DNA of 64,000 nucleotides from the NCBI GenBank assembly GCA_934169745.1, contig CAKPOE010000007.1:3733-67732 (forward strand), read 5' to 3'. This document shows positions 44,580 through 54,337 of this stretch, piece by piece. The position numbers and the translations under genes are program-made. Positions within the stretch are counted from its first letter, which is position 1. Every line of letters begins with the position of its first letter. Source of the DNA: an uncultured Clostridia bacterium. Its GTDB lineage: Bacteria; Bacillota; Clostridia; TANB77; UBA1234. Under the pieces are notes generated by a model, which saw nothing but the letters and a program-made list of their open reading frames with translations, was not told the DNA's origin and did not search any database.

Positions 44580-46835
44580 ATGATTTTAAATATGATAATA
44601 GCTTTTGTTATTGCTGCGGTTAGTGCAGCAATACTTACACCGTTTACGATTAGATTTGCATATAAAGTTGGAGCGATAGATGTTCCTAAAGATGAAAGAA
44701 AAATTCACAAAAAGCCAATGCCTAGGATTGGTGGACTGGCTTTCATTGGTGGATTTTTTATTTCTACGTTGTTAATATTTTTGTGCTGTGAAATTGATAG
44801 AACAATTAATTTTACAGATGTTAACTTAGTTGGATTTTTTGCTGGTGCGATAATAATTGCACTTACTGGTTTTGTTGATGATGTAAGAAACATAAAGCCG
44901 TGGATGAAACTTTTGGGTCAAAGTTTGGCTGCAGTATGCGTCATTTTAAGTGGTGTTAGAATAGGATTTATAAATATTCCATTTTTAGAGATATATGGAC
45001 TTAATGAAATTGTTTCAATTATCGTTACATTCTTTTGGATTATTGGCGTTACAAATGCGATTAATTTAATTGATGGCTTAGATGGTCTTGCAACTGGTGT
45101 TTCAGCAATAGCAACAGTTTCACTTTTAGTTATCTTTTTGTTAAATGGTGCAGCTGAGATACCAATAATTTTAGTTTGTGCATTGCTTGGCGGATTGATA
45201 GGCTTTTTGCCATATAATTTTAATCCTGCAAAAACATTTATGGGCGATGCTGGCTCAAACTTTTTAGGATATACATTGGCAACAATTTCAATGATGGGAA
45301 TGGCAAAAACATATACGATTATGGCTATTGTATTGCCAATTATAGTATTAGCATTACCAATATTTGACACGCTGTTTGCAATGGCAAGAAGGATTTTAGC
45401 AGGAAAATCTATAATGCAGGCTGATAGAGGTCATTTGCATTACAGATTATTAGATGCTGGTCTTAGTCAGAGACAAGCAGTAATTGTTTTATATACTGTT
45501 GCTGCACTTCTTGGTTTGTTTGCGATTGTTTTAATGAATAGCAGCATTTGGAAAGTACTTGGCTTTTTGATGATAGTACTTGTTCTTATGGTTTTGGAAT
45601 CTAAAAATGTTATTATTAGTAAAAGAAAAAAAATAATTCCACCTGAACCTAAGAATCTATCAAATGGTGGCAAGCTTAAAGTTATGACGGTGTTTGGAAC
45701 AAGACCAGAGGCAATAAAGATGTGTCCACTTATCTTAAAATTAAAAGAAAATACAGATATCGAAACTATAGTTTGTGTGACAGCACAACATAGACAAATG
45801 CTTGATCAAGTTATGGAAGCTTTCAACATTGTTCCGGATTACGACTTGAACATTATGAAGGATAAACAAACGCTTACACATATTACATCAGCTGTACTTG
45901 AAGGGCTATATGACGTTATAGAAAAAGAAAAACCTGATATAGTTTTAGTCCACGGAGATACGACAACTACTTTTGCAGGAGCACTTGCAGCTTTTTATAC
46001 TAGAACTAAAATTGGACACGTAGAAGCTGGATTGAGAACTTATGATAAATATTCTCCATATCCTGAAGAAGTAAATAGAGAAATGGTTACTACGCTTGCA
46101 GATATATACTTTGCACCTACTGTTAATAATAAAAATAATTTATTAAAAGAACTTGTTGATGAAAAATTGATATATGTTACAGGAAATACAGTAATTGATG
46201 CATTAAAAACAACAGTAAAAAAAGATTATAAATTCACACACCCAGTACTTTCAAAAATTGATTTTAGTAAGAAAGTGATTTTTATGACTGCTCATAGAAG
46301 AGAAAACTTAGGCGAGCCATTAAGAAATATTTGTGAGGCAGTTAAAGAAATAGCAATTAAAAATCCAAATGTTGAAATTGTGTATCCAGTGCATTTGAAT
46401 CCAAAGGTTCAGGAAACAGCTCATGAAATATTGGATAATATAGAAAATGTTCATTTGATTGAACCACTTGATGTAGTCACAACACATAATCTAATAAATA
46501 AATCAACTTTAGTTCTTACTGATTCTGGTGGAATACAAGAAGAAGCTCCATCTTTGGGAAAACCAGTACTTGTTTTAAGAACGGAGACTGAAAGACCAGA
46601 GGCTGTTGCTGCTGGAACTGTTAAAGTAGTAGGAACTGATAAAGAACTTATAATATCGGAAACACAAAAGTTATTAGATGATAGATATGAATATTCAAAA
46701 ATGAGCAAAGCCGCAAATCCTTATGGAGATGGTAATGCTTGTGACAGAATAGTTGATGCAATTTTATATTACTTTGGATTGAAAGATAAAAGACCAAAAG
46801 ATATTTTTGAGGGAGAGTATGGTGTAGAAAAATAG
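44580..46835 (+). CDS. Fusion protein: TagO/WecA-type UDP-GlcNAc:undecaprenyl-P GlcNAc-1-P transferase (N) plus UDP-GlcNAc 2-epimerase MnaA/WecB (C)
   Basis: A single 751-aa frame. The N-terminal half is polytopic with NAINLIDGLDGLA and PYNFNPAKTFMGDAGSNFLGY. From about residue 365 onward it reads LKVMTVFGTRPEAIKMCPL...VHGDTTTTFAGALAAFY..IGHVEAGLRT...TDSGGIQEEAPSLGKPVLVLR. Confidence 0.85.
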   Translation: MILNMIIAFVIAAVSAAILTPFTIRFAYKVGAIDVPKDERKIHKKPMPRIGGLAFIGGFFISTLLIFLCCEIDRTINFTDVNLVGFFAGAIIIALTGFVDDVRNIKPWMKLLGQSLAAVCVILSGVRIGFINIPFLEIYGLNEIVSIIVTFFWIIGVTNAINLIDGLDGLATGVSAIATVSLLVIFLLNGAAEIPIILVCALLGGLIGFLPYNFNPAKTFMGDAGSNFLGYTLATISMMGMAKTYTIMAIVLPIIVLALPIFDTLFAMARRILAGKSIMQADRGHLHYRLLDAGLSQRQAVIVLYTVAALLGLFAIVLMNSSIWKVLGFLMIVLVLMVLESKNVIISKRKKIIPPEPKNLSNGGKLKVMTVFGTRPEAIKMCPLILKLKENTDIETIVCVTAQHRQMLDQVMEAFNIVPDYDLNIMKDKQTLTHITSAVLEGLYDVIEKEKPDIVLVHGDTTTTFAGALAAFYTRTKIGHVEAGLRTYDKYSPYPEEVNREMVTTLADIYFAPTVNNKNNLLKELVDEKLIYVTGNTVIDALKTTVKKDYKFTHPVLSKIDFSKKVIFMTAHRRENLGEPLRNICEAVKEIAIKNPNVEIVYPVHLNPKVQETAHEILDNIENVHLIEPLDVVTTHNLINKSTLVLTDSGGIQEEAPSLGKPVLVLRTETERPEAVAAGTVKVVGTDKELIISETQKLLDDRYEYSKMSKAANPYGDGNACDRIVDAILYYFGLKDKRPKDIFEGEYGVEK

Positions 46836-46847
46836 GAGGAACAAAAG

Positions 46848-48128
46848 ATGACAGCAAGAGAGTTAGCAGTAAATTTATTATATAAGATAGAAATAGGTGA
46901 AGCATATTCAAATACAACATTAGATAAAGAATTAAGTAGGAGCGATTTGAGTCGTGAGGATAAGGCTTTAGCATCTCAGATCACATACGGGGTGTTGACA
47001 TGGAAACTTACGATTGATGAAATTATTAAGCGATATTCTAGTGTGAAGATAAAGAAAATTTCACCATGGATTTTAAACATTTTGAGAATTGCTATATATC
47101 AAATTGTTTGGCTTGATAAAATTCCGATTTCGGCAGCTGTGAATGAGAGTGTAAATTTGGCAAAGAAATATGGACATCCAGCTTCAGTAAGCTTCACTAA
47201 CGCAATACTTAGAAAAATAGAAAAAAACGAACTTGATAAACTTGTTGATTATGTAAGTAAAAAAGTTTTAATGGAAGATGAGATTATTTCTATAATGACG
47301 TCACATCCTTTATGGCTAGTTGACGAATTGTTGAAAGAGTATGATGTTAAATTTGTTACTGAACTTTTGAATGCTAATAATGCAATTCCGGAAATAGCAT
47401 TAAGAGTAAACACTTTGAAAACTACAAGAGAGGAAGTATATAAACTTCTAACTTTAAAGAAGGTTGACTGTAGGAAGGGCAATTTACCAGATAGTATTAT
47501 CGCTAAAAAGATTAGTGACTTTGAAACAAGTCTTTATGTTGTACAAGATGAAGCCGCACAACTTGCATGTCTTACATTAGATCCAAAGGAAGGAGAGCAT
47601 GTACTTGATGCTTGTAGTGCACCTGGTGGAAAAACGACATATCTTGCGCAACTTATGAATAACAAAGGTGACATTGATGCTTGGGATATTCATGAACATA
47701 GAGTTAAACTAGTTAAGGATACAGCTAAAAAATTAGGAATAAATATTATATTTGCAAAAATTCATGATGCTACATTGTATGATACGTTTTGTTTTGATAA
47801 ATATGATAAAATTTTGCTGGATGTTCCTTGCAGTGGACTTGGTGTTATACGAAAGAAACCAGAAATAAAATGGACTAGAACAGAAGAGAATATTGAAGAA
47901 TTAGTAAAGGTACAAGAGCAAATTCTTGATAACTGTTCTAGATACTTAAAAAGTGGTGGCACACTTGTATATAGTACGTGTACCATACTAAAGAGAGAGA
48001 ACGAAGAACAAATAGAGAAGTTTTTACAGAATAATAAAAGATTTGAATTAGTAGAAGAAAAGAAATTGTATCCACATATTGATGGTACAGATGGTTTCTA
48101 TATCGCAAAATTAAGAAAGTTGTGGTAA
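46848..48128 (+). CDS. rsmB: 16S rRNA (cytosine967-C5)-methyltransferase RsmB
   Basis: NusB-like N-domain plus a SAM MTase domain (VLDACSAPGGKTTYLA...ILLDVPCSGLGVIRKKPEIKW...LVYSTCTI). Confidence 0.9.
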   Translation: MTARELAVNLLYKIEIGEAYSNTTLDKELSRSDLSREDKALASQITYGVLTWKLTIDEIIKRYSSVKIKKISPWILNILRIAIYQIVWLDKIPISAAVNESVNLAKKYGHPASVSFTNAILRKIEKNELDKLVDYVSKKVLMEDEIISIMTSHPLWLVDELLKEYDVKFVTELLNANNAIPEIALRVNTLKTTREEVYKLLTLKKVDCRKGNLPDSIIAKKISDFETSLYVVQDEAAQLACLTLDPKEGEHVLDACSAPGGKTTYLAQLMNNKGDIDAWDIHEHRVKLVKDTAKKLGINIIFAKIHDATLYDTFCFDKYDKILLDVPCSGLGVIRKKPEIKWTRTEENIEELVKVQEQILDNCSRYLKSGGTLVYSTCTILKRENEEQIEKFLQNNKRFELVEEKKLYPHIDGTDGFYIAKLRKLW

Positions 48129-48145
48129 AAAAGAAAGGAAGAATT

Positions 48146-49159
48146 ATGAATCTTAGAGATTTATATTTGGAAGAAATTGAAGAAGAAATGATAAAACTTG
48201 GCGAGAAAAAGTTTCGTGCAAAACAAATCTTTGCATGGCTTTATCGAGGTGTTGATTCTTTTTCTGAAATGACAGATTTATCAAAAGAGTTAATAAAAAA
48301 ACTTGAAGAAAATTATGAAATAAAATGCGTTAGAGTTGATAAGTTTCAAAGATCAAAAGATGGAACGATTAAATATCTTATGGAACTTAATGATGGAAAT
48401 GCTGTAGAGAGTGTTTTGATGAAATATAAATATGGTAATACAGCATGTCTTTCTAATCAAGTTGGTTGTAAAATGGGATGTGACTTTTGTGCTTCCGCTA
48501 AAATAGGATTTATTAGAAATTTAACACCTGGAGAAATCGTTTCACAAATTTTAGAAATAGAAAAACATAGTGGCGAAAAAATATCTAATATTGTCTTTAT
48601 GGGTATTGGAGAACCATTAGATAATTATGATAATGTTATAAAAGCAGTTAGGCTTATAAATGATCCTAAGGGATTAAATATAGGAGCTAGACATATTAGC
48701 ATTTCAACATGTGGACTGGTTCCTAACATTTTAAGACTTGCAGATGAAAATATTCAGTGCAATCTTTGCATTTCTTTACATAGTAGTAGAGATGATGTTA
48801 GAACTTCCATGATGCCAGTTAATAAAACATATTCAATAGCAGAAGTTATTGATGCTTGCAATAAATATATCGAAAAAACTAACAGAAGAATTACCTTTGA
48901 ATATGCACTAGTAGATGGTGTTAATGATTCAAAAGAAGACGCGTTACATTTAGCAAAATTACTTCATGGTATGCTATGTCATGTAAATTTAATTCCGGTA
49001 AATAAAATAAAAGGCGGAATATATGAGAAGAGTAGCACAGAAAAAATATTGGCTTTTAGAGATTTATTAAATGAAAAAGGTATTGTTGCAACTGTTAGAA
49101 GGGAACTTGGCTCAGATATAGATGCTGCTTGTGGTCAGCTTGTAAGAAATAATTATTGA
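48146..49159 (+). CDS. rlmN: 23S rRNA/tRNA A-C2 methyltransferase RlmN (radical SAM)
   Basis: FRAKQIFAWLY...SNQVGCKMGCDFCAS...NIVFMGIGEPLDNYDNV...ISISTCG. RBS AAAGGAAG precedes ATG 48146. Confidence 0.93.
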   Translation: MNLRDLYLEEIEEEMIKLGEKKFRAKQIFAWLYRGVDSFSEMTDLSKELIKKLEENYEIKCVRVDKFQRSKDGTIKYLMELNDGNAVESVLMKYKYGNTACLSNQVGCKMGCDFCASAKIGFIRNLTPGEIVSQILEIEKHSGEKISNIVFMGIGEPLDNYDNVIKAVRLINDPKGLNIGARHISISTCGLVPNILRLADENIQCNLCISLHSSRDDVRTSMMPVNKTYSIAEVIDACNKYIEKTNRRITFEYALVDGVNDSKEDALHLAKLLHGMLCHVNLIPVNKIKGGIYEKSSTEKILAFRDLLNEKGIVATVRRELGSDIDAACGQLVRNNY

Positions 49160-49237
49160 TATAATTAAAATAACATAAATGTAATAGACAAAAAATGTAT
49201 AAACATATATAATGTATTTAGAAAAGAAGAAATTGAG

Positions 49238-49987
49238 GTGAGTTGTTTGCGCTTTTATGGACTTACGGACAGAGGTACTAAGAGAGAAAATAATGAAGAC
49301 TACATTTTGGTTCCTAATGTTACTGATGAGCTGAAACTTTTTATCATTGCAGATGGCATGGGAGGAGCAAACGGGGGAGAAGTTGCTAGTAAGGAAGCAA
49401 CCGAAAGAGCCGAAAATTATATAAAGTCTGAATTTAGCAAAATTAGTCACGAAAGAGAAGATATTGAAAAACTGATAAGAACAGCTATGGAACGAGCAAA
49501 CAAATACATATATGAGAAAGCTAAAGCCTATGAACAGTACAAGGGAATGGGCACAACAATGATTATTGTAATTATTTATAGGGGAAAAGCATATATTGGA
49601 CATGTGGGAGATAGTAGAGTTTATAGATTTAGAAAACATGTGGTTAGGCAACTAACTAAAGACCATTCATATGTTCAGGCACTCCTTAAAGAGGGGACAA
49701 TTACAAAAGATGAAGCAAGGAATCATCCACAAAAAAATGTGTTGTTAAAAGTATTGGGATGTGAAAAGAATTTAGAACCAGATGTTTTTACAAAAGGTTT
49801 TATAAAAGATGATATACTTTTGATTTGCACAGATGGACTAACAAATATGTTAGAAGAAAAAGATATTTATGAAACAATTATGAAACATAAGGACTACCTA
49901 AAAGATGCATGTAGTGCGTTGATAAATAATGCTAATATGCTTGGTGGATTAGATAATATCAGTGTAGTACTAATTTCTAATGATTAG
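49238..49987 (+). CDS. stp: PP2C-family Ser/Thr phosphatase (Stp/PrpC)
   Basis: GLTDRGTKRENNEDY...IADGMGGANGGEVAS...GTTMI...HVGDSRVY...CTDGLTNML...GGLDNISVV. The start is possibly TTG 49247, 6 nt after GAGGTG. Confidence 0.9.
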   Translation: MSCLRFYGLTDRGTKRENNEDYILVPNVTDELKLFIIADGMGGANGGEVASKEATERAENYIKSEFSKISHEREDIEKLIRTAMERANKYIYEKAKAYEQYKGMGTTMIIVIIYRGKAYIGHVGDSRVYRFRKHVVRQLTKDHSYVQALLKEGTITKDEARNHPQKNVLLKVLGCEKNLEPDVFTKGFIKDDILLICTDGLTNMLEEKDIYETIMKHKDYLKDACSALINNANMLGGLDNISVVLISND

Positions 49988-50002
49988 TGGAGGTTTTGAT
50001 TA

Positions 50003-52015
50003 ATGGAAATGATAGGAAGAGTTTTAGGAAACAGGTATGAAATAATTGAGAAAATAGGAAGCGGCGGTATGGCAACGGTTTATAAAGCAAGATGTAAACT
50101 GTTAAATAGGAACGTTGCAATAAAAATTTTAAGGGACGAATTTGCAAATGACGCTGAATTTATAAAAAGATTTCAGGTTGAGGCTCAAGCAGCTGCAAGT
50201 TTGTCACATCCAAATATAGTTTCAATATATGATGTGGGCGAAGAGGATGGGCTTCATTACATAGTAATGGAACTTATAGAGGGAAAAACATTAAAGGAGA
50301 TTATAACAGAAAAAGGAAGACTTCCTTGGAGAGATGCTGTTAAAATCGCGATGCAAATTGCTTCTGGTTTGGAACAAGCGCATAAGAACCATATTATACA
50401 TAGAGATATAAAGCCTCATAATATAATAATGACTAAAGATGGAAATGCAAAAGTTACTGATTTTGGTATTGCTAAAGCAGTATCTAACTCAACAATAAAT
50501 GCTTTTGGAAGTACAGTTGGAAGCGTACATTATTTTTCGCCAGAGCATGCTAGAGGTGGATATACTGATGAAAAATCTGATATATATTCTTTGGGCGTGG
50601 TACTTTATGAAATGTTGACTGGTAAATTACCATTTGATGCCGAAACACCAGTAAGTGTGGCATTAAAGCATATTCAAGAAACACCAGTTGAACCATCGGC
50701 AATAGTTCCAGAAATTCCAATAGGGGTGAATAACGTAGTTATGAAGGCAATGCAAAAAGATGTAAATAATAGGTATGCTTCGGCTAGCGCAATGTATAGT
50801 GATTTGCAAAAGACTTTGAAGAATCCAGAAATGGTAACAGCAACTATCAATTTAGAAGAAAAAAGAGATTTCCCAACACAAAAAGTTCCTATAGTTGGTG
50901 TGGCAAAAGATAATTATGAAGATGAAAATATTTATAAAAATAAAAAGTATGGTGAGGAAGAGATGAGTAGTAGAAGGGGAAAGCGAACTAAGAAACAAGC
51001 TATAGTTAGATTAGTAGTATTCATATTATTAGCAATTGGATTATTCTTCGGTGCTTTCTATGTAGCATTAAATGTTGCACCAATGATTTTTGGTGAAAAA
51101 GCAATTGGTGTTCCTAAAATAGTTGGTATGCATAAAGATGAGGCAGAGAAAACATTAGAAGCAAGAGGGCTAAAGATGGAAGTTCAAGCATCTGTGACAA
51201 ATAATGAATATCCAAAAGATTATATAATATATCAACAATATGCAGAGGGGTATGAATTGAAAAAGGGTGCAACAGTTGGAGTAAGAGTAAGTAAAGGCGC
51301 AGAAACATTTTTAGTTCCAGATGTTACTACTATGTCGGTTGAGGCTGCAAAGTTAGAAATAGAAAAATATAAATTAGTTTATAAACAAGAAAATGAAGCT
51401 AGTAACACAGTTCCAAAGGGAAGTATTATAAGACAGGTACCTGCTGTTAATACAGAAGTTGAAGCCGGTACAACTGTTACGGTATATATTAGTGCGGGAC
51501 CAATTGAAGGAATGATGGAAGCTCCAAGTGTTAAAGGAGAAACAGAAAGTAAAGCAAGAGAGATATTAGATGCTGCAAAATTAATTACAAAAGTTGAGTA
51601 TGTAAAAAAGAATGATGAAAAAGATGGTGTAGTAATTAGCCAATCTCCGGAAGCAGGAGAGTATGTTTCTGAATTATCTGAAATTGTTATAATAGTAAAT
51701 AAACTATCTGATGATGGCACAACAACACCAACAGAGCCAACTAAGCCAACAGAGCCTACAACACCAGATAAACCAACAAATCCATCTACTAATACTAAAA
51801 AAATAACAATTGATTTATCAAATAAAGGTACACGTGATACATTTGTTGTGAAAGTTGAGTTACAAAGTTCTATTTTAGGAACAAAGATATTACATGAAGA
51901 AGTTCATCAAAGAAAAGATGGAAAGATTTCAATAGCACTACCGAATAATTCAGAAGGAAGCATGATAAAAGTATATATAGATGACAATCTAGATTCAGAA
52001 ATGGTAGTTAAATAA
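50003..52015 (+). CDS. prkC: Ser/Thr protein kinase with PASTA repeats (PrkC/StkP-like)
   Basis: Kinase motifs: GSGGMATVYKA, VAIK, HRDIKPHNI, DFGIA. These are followed by a TM helix, three PASTA-like repeats, a Thr/Pro-rich linker and a C-terminal domain. Confidence 0.93.
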   Translation: MEMIGRVLGNRYEIIEKIGSGGMATVYKARCKLLNRNVAIKILRDEFANDAEFIKRFQVEAQAAASLSHPNIVSIYDVGEEDGLHYIVMELIEGKTLKEIITEKGRLPWRDAVKIAMQIASGLEQAHKNHIIHRDIKPHNIIMTKDGNAKVTDFGIAKAVSNSTINAFGSTVGSVHYFSPEHARGGYTDEKSDIYSLGVVLYEMLTGKLPFDAETPVSVALKHIQETPVEPSAIVPEIPIGVNNVVMKAMQKDVNNRYASASAMYSDLQKTLKNPEMVTATINLEEKRDFPTQKVPIVGVAKDNYEDENIYKNKKYGEEEMSSRRGKRTKKQAIVRLVVFILLAIGLFFGAFYVALNVAPMIFGEKAIGVPKIVGMHKDEAEKTLEARGLKMEVQASVTNNEYPKDYIIYQQYAEGYELKKGATVGVRVSKGAETFLVPDVTTMSVEAAKLEIEKYKLVYKQENEASNTVPKGSIIRQVPAVNTEVEAGTTVTVYISAGPIEGMMEAPSVKGETESKAREILDAAKLITKVEYVKKNDEKDGVVISQSPEAGEYVSELSEIVIIVNKLSDDGTTTPTEPTKPTEPTTPDKPTNPSTNTKKITIDLSNKGTRDTFVVKVELQSSILGTKILHEEVHQRKDGKISIALPNNSEGSMIKVYIDDNLDSEMVVK

Positions 52016-52027
52016 TGGTATAATAAT

Positions 52028-52050
52028 TGGTGTGGTATTGTACCACACCA
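52028..52050 (+). terminator. 10-bp hairpin after prkC (weak U tract)
   Basis: TGGTGTGGTA-TTG-TACCACACCA. It contains the GTG (52032) used as start by the ORF track for the next gene. Confidence 0.4.
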
Positions 52051-52070
52051 ATTGTTATATAAAAAAGGAG

Positions 52071-52928
52071 TTGATTAATATTCAAGGTAGGATTATAAAA
52101 GTTTTTTCAGATAGATATAAAGTAAAAACAGAAATAGGAGATGTAGATTGTACAGCAAGAGGAATATTTAAATTAACAAATAGCAAGCCACTTGTTGGGG
52201 ATATGGTTGAAATAAAAGATGAACATATAGTAAAAGTATTACCTAGAAAAAATGCTTTTATAAGACCGCCTATATCGAATATAGATCAGATAATTATCGT
52301 GGTTGCAACTACAAATCCAAAGCCTGATTTGTTACTTTTAGATAAACAATTGATTATGGCAAATAAAAACAATGTTGAGCCTATTATTTGTGTTAATAAA
52401 ATAGACTTAAAAGAAAATTATGACGAGCTTGTTAATGTGTATGAAAATATAGGTTATCAGGTAATTACTACTGATGCTAAAAATAGAGTTGGAATAGAAA
52501 AATTATTACTTTTATTGCAAAATAAGATAACAGCTTTTGCGGGAAATTCTGGTGTTGGAAAATCAGCATTAACAAATAATCTAATAGGAAAGACTGTTTC
52601 GGAAGAAGGAAGTACTTCTGAAAAGTTGGAGAGAGGAAAACATACAACAAAGTACGTTGAGCTTTATGAGGCTGCGAAAAATACGTATATTGCCGATACA
52701 CCTGGTTTTTCAACTTATGAGGTACAAAATATAGATGCTAAAGAGTTGAAAGACTATTTTCTGGAATTTGAAAAATACGAGTCTGCATGTAAGTACAGAG
52801 GATGCATGCATGTAAAAGAAGATGATTGTGGAATAAAGAAAGCTGTACAAAGAAAGCAAATAGATGCAGGTAGGTATGAAAGATATGTAGAGTTGTATGA
52901 GAAGTTAAGGGAGGATAAAAAATGGTAA
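52071..52928 (+). CDS. rsgA: Ribosome small-subunit GTPase RsgA (YloQ/CpgA)
   Basis: OB fold (GRIIKVFSDRYKV...GDMVEI), circularly permuted GTPase (VNKIDL...AGNSGVGKSALTN...ADTPGF) and a Zn knuckle (CKYRGCMHVKEDDC). The exact start is uncertain: TTG 52071 abuts the AAGGAG RBS, and ATT codons follow. Confidence 0.85.
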   Translation: MINIQGRIIKVFSDRYKVKTEIGDVDCTARGIFKLTNSKPLVGDMVEIKDEHIVKVLPRKNAFIRPPISNIDQIIIVVATTNPKPDLLLLDKQLIMANKNNVEPIICVNKIDLKENYDELVNVYENIGYQVITTDAKNRVGIEKLLLLLQNKITAFAGNSGVGKSALTNNLIGKTVSEEGSTSEKLERGKHTTKYVELYEAAKNTYIADTPGFSTYEVQNIDAKELKDYFLEFEKYESACKYRGCMHVKEDDCGIKKAVQRKQIDAGRYERYVELYEKLREDKKW

Positions 52929-53557
52929 AGATAGCACCTTCTATACTGGCGGCTAATAAAGAAAAGTTAGCAGATGAGATTACTGATGTAACAATATCTG
53001 GAGCTGATTATATTCACATTGATGTTATGGATGGTAAGTTTGTAAACAATGTAACTGATGGCGAAAATATGCTAAAGGTTGCAAACCAAAACACAAACTT
53101 ATATTTAGATGTACATTTAATGGTTGAAAACCCGATTGATTATATTCAAAAATATATTGTTGCAAATTGTATAACTTTTCATGTAGAAGCAGTAGATGAA
53201 GCCAATATAGCCACACTTATAGCGGAAATAAAAAATAAAGGAATTGATGTTGGAATTGCAATAAAACCAAATACGCCAATTGAGACTATTGATAAATATA
53301 TAAATGAAATTGACAAAGTAATAGTAATGACTGTTGAACCTGGATTTGGCGGACAAAAGTTAATACCAGGGACTTTACAAAAGGTTAAAGACTTAAGAAA
53401 AAAATATTATGATTTAGATATTGAAGTTGATGGCGGTGTGAACTTGGAAAATGCACGAGATGTTATAATTGCAGGAGCAAATATACTTGTTGCTGGAACT
53501 GCGATTTTCAATGCAAAAGATAGAAAACAAGCAATTGAAAAACTTAAATATAATTGA
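52922..53557 (+). CDS. rpe: Ribulose-phosphate 3-epimerase
   Basis: IAPSILAAN...DYIHIDVMDGKFVNN...DVHLMV...MTVEPGFGGQKLI...VDGGVN. Confidence 0.95.
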   Translation: MVKIAPSILAANKEKLADEITDVTISGADYIHIDVMDGKFVNNVTDGENMLKVANQNTNLYLDVHLMVENPIDYIQKYIVANCITFHVEAVDEANIATLIAEIKNKGIDVGIAIKPNTPIETIDKYINEIDKVIVMTVEPGFGGQKLIPGTLQKVKDLRKKYYDLDIEVDGGVNLENARDVIIAGANILVAGTAIFNAKDRKQAIEKLKYN

Positions 53558-53566
53558 ATGTAATTA

Positions 53567-53595
53567 TTGACAACAAAAATAAATAGGCATATTAT
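53567..53595 (+). promoter_or_regulatory. Candidate promoter immediately after rpe
   Basis: TTGACA-17 nt-TATTAT. Confidence 0.4.
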
Positions 53596-53711
53596 TATAT
53601 TGTAAGTAGGGGCGTAAAATTTTTTTATGTACCACAAATTGCACAAAACCTATTCAATTTGTGTCTTGTTAAAAATCATGCGCCGTTAACCTGCTGACAA
53701 GTACAAATTAC

Positions 53712-53740
53712 AGGGCGGTCTTTGACTGCCCTATCTTTTT
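53712..53740 (+). terminator. Terminator-like hairpin closing a ~140-nt non-coding segment
   Basis: AGGGCGGTC-TTT-GACTGCCCT (9 bp, one G-U) followed by ATCTTTTT. Confidence 0.5.
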
Positions 53741-53765
53741 ATGCGAGAAAAGTAATAATAAATAT

Positions 53766-53830
53766 TGTAGAGATTACCGCGACCACTACAGCACTAAATA
53801 ACCCCAAAAGTGGCTGTCGAAAAATTGATT
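53766..53830 (+). repeat. GC-rich repeat, type U1 (left copy)
   Basis: TGTAG-AGATTACCGCGACCAC-TACAGCACTAAATAACCCCAAAAGTGGCTGTCGAAAAATT. The 40-nt tail is identical to the right copy at 37/40 positions in my hand alignment. Confidence 0.75.
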
Positions 53831-53856
53831 GCCGGTATGCAAGTAGGCACAAGAGT

Positions 53857-53915
53857 TGTAGGGTGCGGGCACTGTACCGCACCGACTGGCGAAAACTAGC
53901 AAATATGTTAACGTA
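53857..53915 (+). repeat. GC-rich repeat, type U2 (left copy)
   Basis: TGTAGGGTGCGGGCACTGTACCGCACCGACTGGCGAAAACTAGCAAATATGTTAACGTA. It matches 56193..56251 at 51 of 59 positions by hand alignment and contains the hairpin GGTGCGG-(8)-CCGCACC. Confidence 0.8.
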
Positions 53916-53974
53916 GATATCATAATAATAAACAGATTATGATATAATTGTTTTGCGAAAAGGAGGAATGTTAG

Positions 53975-54304
53975 ATGGAAAGAATTTATAACAAATTAGT
54001 GAGAGATAATATACCAGATATAATAGAATCAAAGGGTGAAACGCCTGTGACGAAAATTCTAGATGATAATACATATAAAATAGAACTTGAAAAGAAATTA
54101 AATGAAGAATATCAAGAAGTTTTGACTGCAAGTGGCGATGATAGAGTGGAAGAGTTAGCGGATATGCTTGAAATTATTAGAGCTCTTGCAAAACTAGAAG
54201 GTAAGTCGCTACAAAATGTAATTGAAATAGCAGACGTTAAAAGTGAAAAAAGAGGAGCATTTGAGAAAAAGATTTTTTTGGAGAAAGTAATAGAAAAGAA
54301 TTAA
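53975..54304 (+). CDS. MazG-like / phosphoribosyl-ATP pyrophosphohydrolase-like nucleotide pyrophosphohydrolase (109 aa)
   Basis: RBS AAAGGAGG. The N-terminus IYNKLVRDNIPDIIESKG, then EEYQEV....RVEELADMLEIIRALA, are typical of the small all-alpha NTP-PPase family. Confidence 0.7.
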   Translation: MERIYNKLVRDNIPDIIESKGETPVTKILDDNTYKIELEKKLNEEYQEVLTASGDDRVEELADMLEIIRALAKLEGKSLQNVIEIADVKSEKRGAFEKKIFLEKVIEKN

Positions 54305-54337
54305 TTTGCATTTGAATATTTATATTAAGGAGAAGTT

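Noticed and set aside
52032-52070. Track start (GTG 52032) for rsgA, and similar upstream-extended starts at 8664, 20767, 22498, 29020, 33295, 38076, 48122, 55196 and 58419.
   Set aside because: The extended N-termini lack family homology. They overlap terminator hairpins or upstream genes, and better RBS-spaced starts lie downstream.
53722-53916. A + strand 64-aa ORF across the left repeat cluster.
   Set aside because: It is composed almost entirely of the GC-rich U1/U2 repeats and a terminator hairpin. It has a non-ATG start and no RBS.
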